Virus record (IMG/VR): IMGVR_UViG_3300008120_000012
Coordinates: 1 to 64,000 of that record
From: a virus
Strand: one strand, 5' to 3'
DNA: 64,000 nt
Of this stretch, positions 60,294 through 64,000 are shown one piece after another; position 1 is the first letter of the stretch, and each line of letters opens with the position of its first letter. The notes under the pieces were generated by a model. It saw only the letters and a list, made by a program, of their open reading frames with translations. It searched no databases and was not told the origin of the DNA. Made by a program: the position numbers and the translations under genes.

Positions 60294-63200
60294 ATGAATT
60301 ACGTTGGCTTACATGTCCATACACACTATTCATTAATGGATGGTGTTGCTACTCCAGAAGAATACGTGAACCGTGCAGTTGATCTTGGTATGCAAGCAAT
60401 TGCTATCACAGATCATGGTACTTTATCTGGGCATAGGGAACTGCATCGTATTGCAAAAGCAAAGGGCATTAAGCCAATTCTTGGCGTAGAAGGCTATATG
60501 ACAAGCAATCGCTTTGACAACAGGGCGAAGGCAGATAGAACAGATCCATTAGATCAAAACTATCATCATATAGTTCTTCTCGCTAAAAACAAAATAGGAC
60601 TAGAAAATCTCAATAAGATTAATGAGATTGCTTGGACTGAAGGATTTTTTAGTAAGCCAAGGTTTGACTTTGAAACACTTGCTAAATACAAAGATGGCAT
60701 TATCGTAACATCTGCATGTCTTAGTGGCTGGATTGCAAAGGCTGTAGAGTTAGATGAGTTAGCAACAGCAAAAAAGCATGTTTCATGGTTTAAAGAACAA
60801 TTTGGTGACGATTATTATATTGAAGTGATGCCACACAATCCACCAGAAGTTAACAAGGGATTAATAGAACTTGCTAAAGCAATGGGTGTAAAAGTTGTTG
60901 TAACACCAGACTGCCATCATCTTGATGAATCACAAAAAGAAATACAAGAATTAATGTTAATTCTTAATACCCATGCTAAGTTACAAAAAGATGTTAATTA
61001 TGATAAGTCTTTAAAGCATAAAAATATGATGGATAGATTAGACTACCTTTATGGTGCAGATAGACAAATGTCTTTCCGTTCTTTTGATATTCACCTTCTT
61101 TCATATGAAGAAATGAAAGAGGCTATGGCAAAGCAGGGTATTGATAATGAAGAAATGTTTAATAGTACTAATGAGATTGCCAGTAAGGTAGAAGACTATG
61201 ATGTTAAAGATGGTCTAAACCTTTTGCCTGTTCAGTATAAAGATCCAGACAAGCAGTTATACGAATTGGCCTATGAAGGACTAAAAACAAAAGGATTAGA
61301 CACGAATCCAATTTATGTAGACAGACTTGAAGAAGAAATGCAAATTATTAGTGCTAAAAAGTTTAGCCCATACTTTCTTGTTGTTCGTAACATGATTAAC
61401 TGGGCAAAGAAGGAAGGAATTATGGTTGGTCCAGGCCGTGGATCTTCTGCTGGTTCTTTGCTTTGCTACTCACTTGGAATTACTGATATTGATCCAATTG
61501 AACATAATCTTCTATTCTTCCGATTTATTAATCCAGAGCGTAATGACTTTCCAGATATTGATACAGATATTCAGGACTCTCGTCGTGATGAGGTAAAGGA
61601 TTATCTAGTTAGACAATATCGCCATGTTGCTTCTATTGCTACGTTTTTAGAGTTTAAAGACAAAGGTGTAGTAAGAGATGTTGCTCGTGCACTAAACATC
61701 CCATTAATGGATGTAAATAAGGTATTAAAACTAGTAGATACTTGGGATGAATTCTGTACATCAAAAACTACAGAATGGTTTAGAGATAAGTATCCAGAAT
61801 TAGTTAGATATGGAGAACAATTACGTGGTCGCATTAGAGGTACTGGTATACACGCTGCTGGCGTTGTCACTAGTAAAGATCCTATTTTTAGGTACGCACC
61901 GATGGAAACACGCTCTGCTCCAGGTAGCGATGATCGTATTCCTGTTGTGGCAGTTGACATGGAAGAGGCTGAAAAGATTGGTCTCATTAAGATAGATGCT
62001 CTTGGATTAAAGACTTTAAGTGTTATCAAAGATACGCTTGATATTATTAAAGAACGATATGACAAAAATATAAATCTATTAGAAATAGACATGGAAGACA
62101 AAAATGTATATCAAATGTTATCTGAGGGATATACAAAGGGTGTGTTCCAATGTGAAGCAACTCCATATACAAACCTACTGGTTAAAATGGGAGTAAAAAA
62201 TTTAGACGAGTTGGCTGCATCAAATGCACTAGTTCGTCCAGGTGCCATGAATACTATTGGAAAAGATTATATTGCTCGTAAGCATGGTAAAGAAAATGTT
62301 AATTATTTGCATCAAATCATGAAACCAATAACACAAGATACATATGGGTGTATCCTATACCAAGAGCAGGTTATGCAGGCTTGCGTACAACTCGGCGGTA
62401 TGACAATGGCAGAGGCTGATAAGGTGCGTAAAATTATTGGTAAGAAGAAGGATGCAAAAGAGTTTAATGCGTTTCAAGATCAGTTTGTCAAGGGTGCTTC
62501 TGTATACATTAGTCCTAATGCTGCGCTTGATTTATGGCATGACTTTGAAGCGCATGCGGGTTATTCGTTTAACAAGTCGCATGCCGTTGCTTACAGTACT
62601 CTCTCGTATTGGACGGCGTGGCTAAAATATCATTACCCACTAGAGTTTATGTACTCACTATTGAAAAATGAAAAGGATAAAGATGCACGAACTGAATATC
62701 TTATTGAAGCGAAAAGAATGGGGATTAGCATTAAACTACCTCACATTAACGATTCGGATATTGATTTTAAAATTGAGGGTAAGGGTATTCGGTTCGGACT
62801 CTCCGCAATCAAATTTATCTCTGATAAGATTGCAGAACGATATATATCGGCACGACCTTTTAACTCTTATGCAGAAGTTGAAGAGTTCACATTCACTAAA
62901 GGAAATGGTGTAAATAGTCGTGCACTGCAATCAATGAATGCGGTTGGCGCACTAGTGTTTCACGATAACCCAAGGAACGATGAAAAGATTCGTGAAAATT
63001 TGTATGAATATTTAAATCTTCCAGAGTTTAATTTAACAGTTCCTTCTCATTATCATGCATTTATTACAGATACCTGTGACTTTGAAGAAAAGGGTTCTTA
63101 CATTTTGATGGGAATGGCTAAATCAATTAAAAGATCCAAGGGTTGGTCAAGAGTAGAGATACTTGATAAGACAGGTAGTGTTGGTATCTTTGATGAAGAG

Positions 63201-63566
63201 CAAACTACTATTGAAACAGGTACAACATATATTATTTTAGCAAATGATAACAGGATAGTTTCTGCAGTACCACTTGATCAAATTAATAATTCAGGTAATG
63301 CACTTATTAAATTTTTAAACTATCGTATGCTACCATATACAGAAGATGAAATGTTTGTTGTATCATTTAAGCCAAGAATTACTAAGGCTGGTAAAAAGAT
63401 GGCATCGCTTACACTAGCAGATACATCAAGAGAGTTACATTCTATTACAGTATTTCCAACTCAGTTTGCAAAGGCTTATATGAAAATAGAAGAGGGTAGC
63501 GCATATAAATTTAGTTTTGGAAAAACCAAAGATGGAACAGTTATATTGGAGGATATACATGTTTGA
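60294..63566 (+). CDS. dnaE: DNA polymerase III alpha subunit (family C)
   Basis: LHVHTHYSLMDG PHP domain, GPGRGSSAGS, FPDIDTD, HAAG, KIDALGL, YSFNKSH; no intein. Confidence 0.95.
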   Translation: MNYVGLHVHTHYSLMDGVATPEEYVNRAVDLGMQAIAITDHGTLSGHRELHRIAKAKGIKPILGVEGYMTSNRFDNRAKADRTDPLDQNYHHIVLLAKNKIGLENLNKINEIAWTEGFFSKPRFDFETLAKYKDGIIVTSACLSGWIAKAVELDELATAKKHVSWFKEQFGDDYYIEVMPHNPPEVNKGLIELAKAMGVKVVVTPDCHHLDESQKEIQELMLILNTHAKLQKDVNYDKSLKHKNMMDRLDYLYGADRQMSFRSFDIHLLSYEEMKEAMAKQGIDNEEMFNSTNEIASKVEDYDVKDGLNLLPVQYKDPDKQLYELAYEGLKTKGLDTNPIYVDRLEEEMQIISAKKFSPYFLVVRNMINWAKKEGIMVGPGRGSSAGSLLCYSLGITDIDPIEHNLLFFRFINPERNDFPDIDTDIQDSRRDEVKDYLVRQYRHVASIATFLEFKDKGVVRDVARALNIPLMDVNKVLKLVDTWDEFCTSKTTEWFRDKYPELVRYGEQLRGRIRGTGIHAAGVVTSKDPIFRYAPMETRSAPGSDDRIPVVAVDMEEAEKIGLIKIDALGLKTLSVIKDTLDIIKERYDKNINLLEIDMEDKNVYQMLSEGYTKGVFQCEATPYTNLLVKMGVKNLDELAASNALVRPGAMNTIGKDYIARKHGKENVNYLHQIMKPITQDTYGCILYQEQVMQACVQLGGMTMAEADKVRKIIGKKKDAKEFNAFQDQFVKGASVYISPNAALDLWHDFEAHAGYSFNKSHAVAYSTLSYWTAWLKYHYPLEFMYSLLKNEKDKDARTEYLIEAKRMGISIKLPHINDSDIDFKIEGKGIRFGLSAIKFISDKIAERYISARPFNSYAEVEEFTFTKGNGVNSRALQSMNAVGALVFHDNPRNDEKIRENLYEYLNLPEFNLTVPSHYHAFITDTCDFEEKGSYILMGMAKSIKRSKGWSRVEILDKTGSVGIFDEEQTTIETGTTYIILANDNRIVSAVPLDQINNSGNALIKFLNYRMLPYTEDEMFVVSFKPRITKAGKKMASLTLADTSRELHSITVFPTQFAKAYMKIEEGSAYKFSFGKTKDGTVILEDIHV

Positions 63567-63876
63567 TGATTTAGCAGAACAAATACACAAGAATGCAGTT
63601 GATAAAGGATTTTGGGATAGAACCGTAGACCCAATTTTTGTTGCAAAGCAAATGATGATGATTGTTTCTGAAGTTGTGGAGGCGATGGAGTCTCTTCGTA
63701 AAGAAATGGATCCAGATCAAATGTCAGATGAATTTGCAGATATTATTATTCGCACTCTTGATCTTTATGCAGGGATGGTTGAGGCAGGGTATATGACAAA
63801 ATCTCTTGACTATGCTATTAAAGAAAAGATGGAGCGTAATACACACAGACCAAAGAAGCATGGGGTAAGATTCTAA
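63559..63876 (+). CDS. MazG-like NTP pyrophosphohydrolase
   Basis: SEVVEAME...DEFADIIIR..D and KMERN..RP.KHG; start ATG 63559. Confidence 0.8.
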   Translation: MFDDLAEQIHKNAVDKGFWDRTVDPIFVAKQMMMIVSEVVEAMESLRKEMDPDQMSDEFADIIIRTLDLYAGMVEAGYMTKSLDYAIKEKMERNTHRPKKHGVRF

Positions 63877-64000
63877 TGACAGTAACAATAGAAGATGTAT
63901 TAGCACAGTTAAATCCTAAACTAAGAAAAAGTATTTTAGTTGGAGACGAGGTGCCAAAGACTGAGTATGCAAAAACTCCTAGTCATGGCCTTAATCGTGC
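63876..64000 (+). CDS. RecA-like recombinase, 5' end (truncated by the window)
   Basis: MTVTIEDVLAQLNPKLRK...TPSHGLNR matches the RecA-like N-terminal T.S..L..AL region; TAATG coupling. Only ~41 codons are visible. Confidence 0.55.
   Translation, partial: MTVTIEDVLAQLNPKLRKSILVGDEVPKTEYAKTPSHGLNR

Noticed and set aside
25115-63566. Inteins, introns or homing endonucleases in nrdJ, dnaB or dnaE
   Set aside because: Conserved motifs are contiguous and lengths are normal; no splice motifs or LAGLIDADG/HNH seen.
1-64000. tRNA, rRNA, integrase or transposase
   Set aside because: Intergenic gaps are short with no cloverleaf or T-loop signatures, and no recombinase or transposase motifs were seen.

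Overview
This window is a segment of an AT-rich tailed dsDNA phage genome. A tail tube, chaperones and a 2322-aa tape measure with no sheath gene imply a siphovirus. An actinobacterial host is inferred, not proven, from many leaderless extended -10 promoters and the DnaE/NrdJ/RecA replication set. Layout: (1) 0.2-3.8 kb, baseplate/fibre genes ending in an FN3-like protein with a C-terminal (PPFF)x7-PPPYFSFIWG tail. (2) 3.8-13.3 kb, an enzyme cassette: a sulfotransferase, a His-less Asp/Asn beta-hydroxylase-like protein, two DUF6065-like proteins, seven prolyl-hydroxylase-like 2OG-Fe(II) oxygenases, an SDR and an FkbM-like methyltransferase. (3) A secreted lysozyme-like gene on the minus strand. 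(4) 14-25 kb, giant repetitive fibre and structural genes. (5) Class II RNR. (6) 27-56 kb, head and tail morphogenesis. (7) 56-64 kb, replication genes (DnaB, primase, SSB, DnaE, MazG-like, start of RecA). The strongest candidate for an undescribed system is a phage-encoded post-translational modification pathway for its own virion proteins. The nonapeptide PPYFSFIWG sits next to Pro-Pro-aromatic repeats in two unrelated structural genes 49 kb apart, differing only at synonymous positions, and one copy directly abuts the enzyme cassette. Other notable points: duplicated tail chaperones that may replace the G/GT frameshift, a free-standing copy of the capsid N-arm, and an ~80-aa module inserted into several fibre proteins. 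All calls come from motif reading alone; no database search was run.
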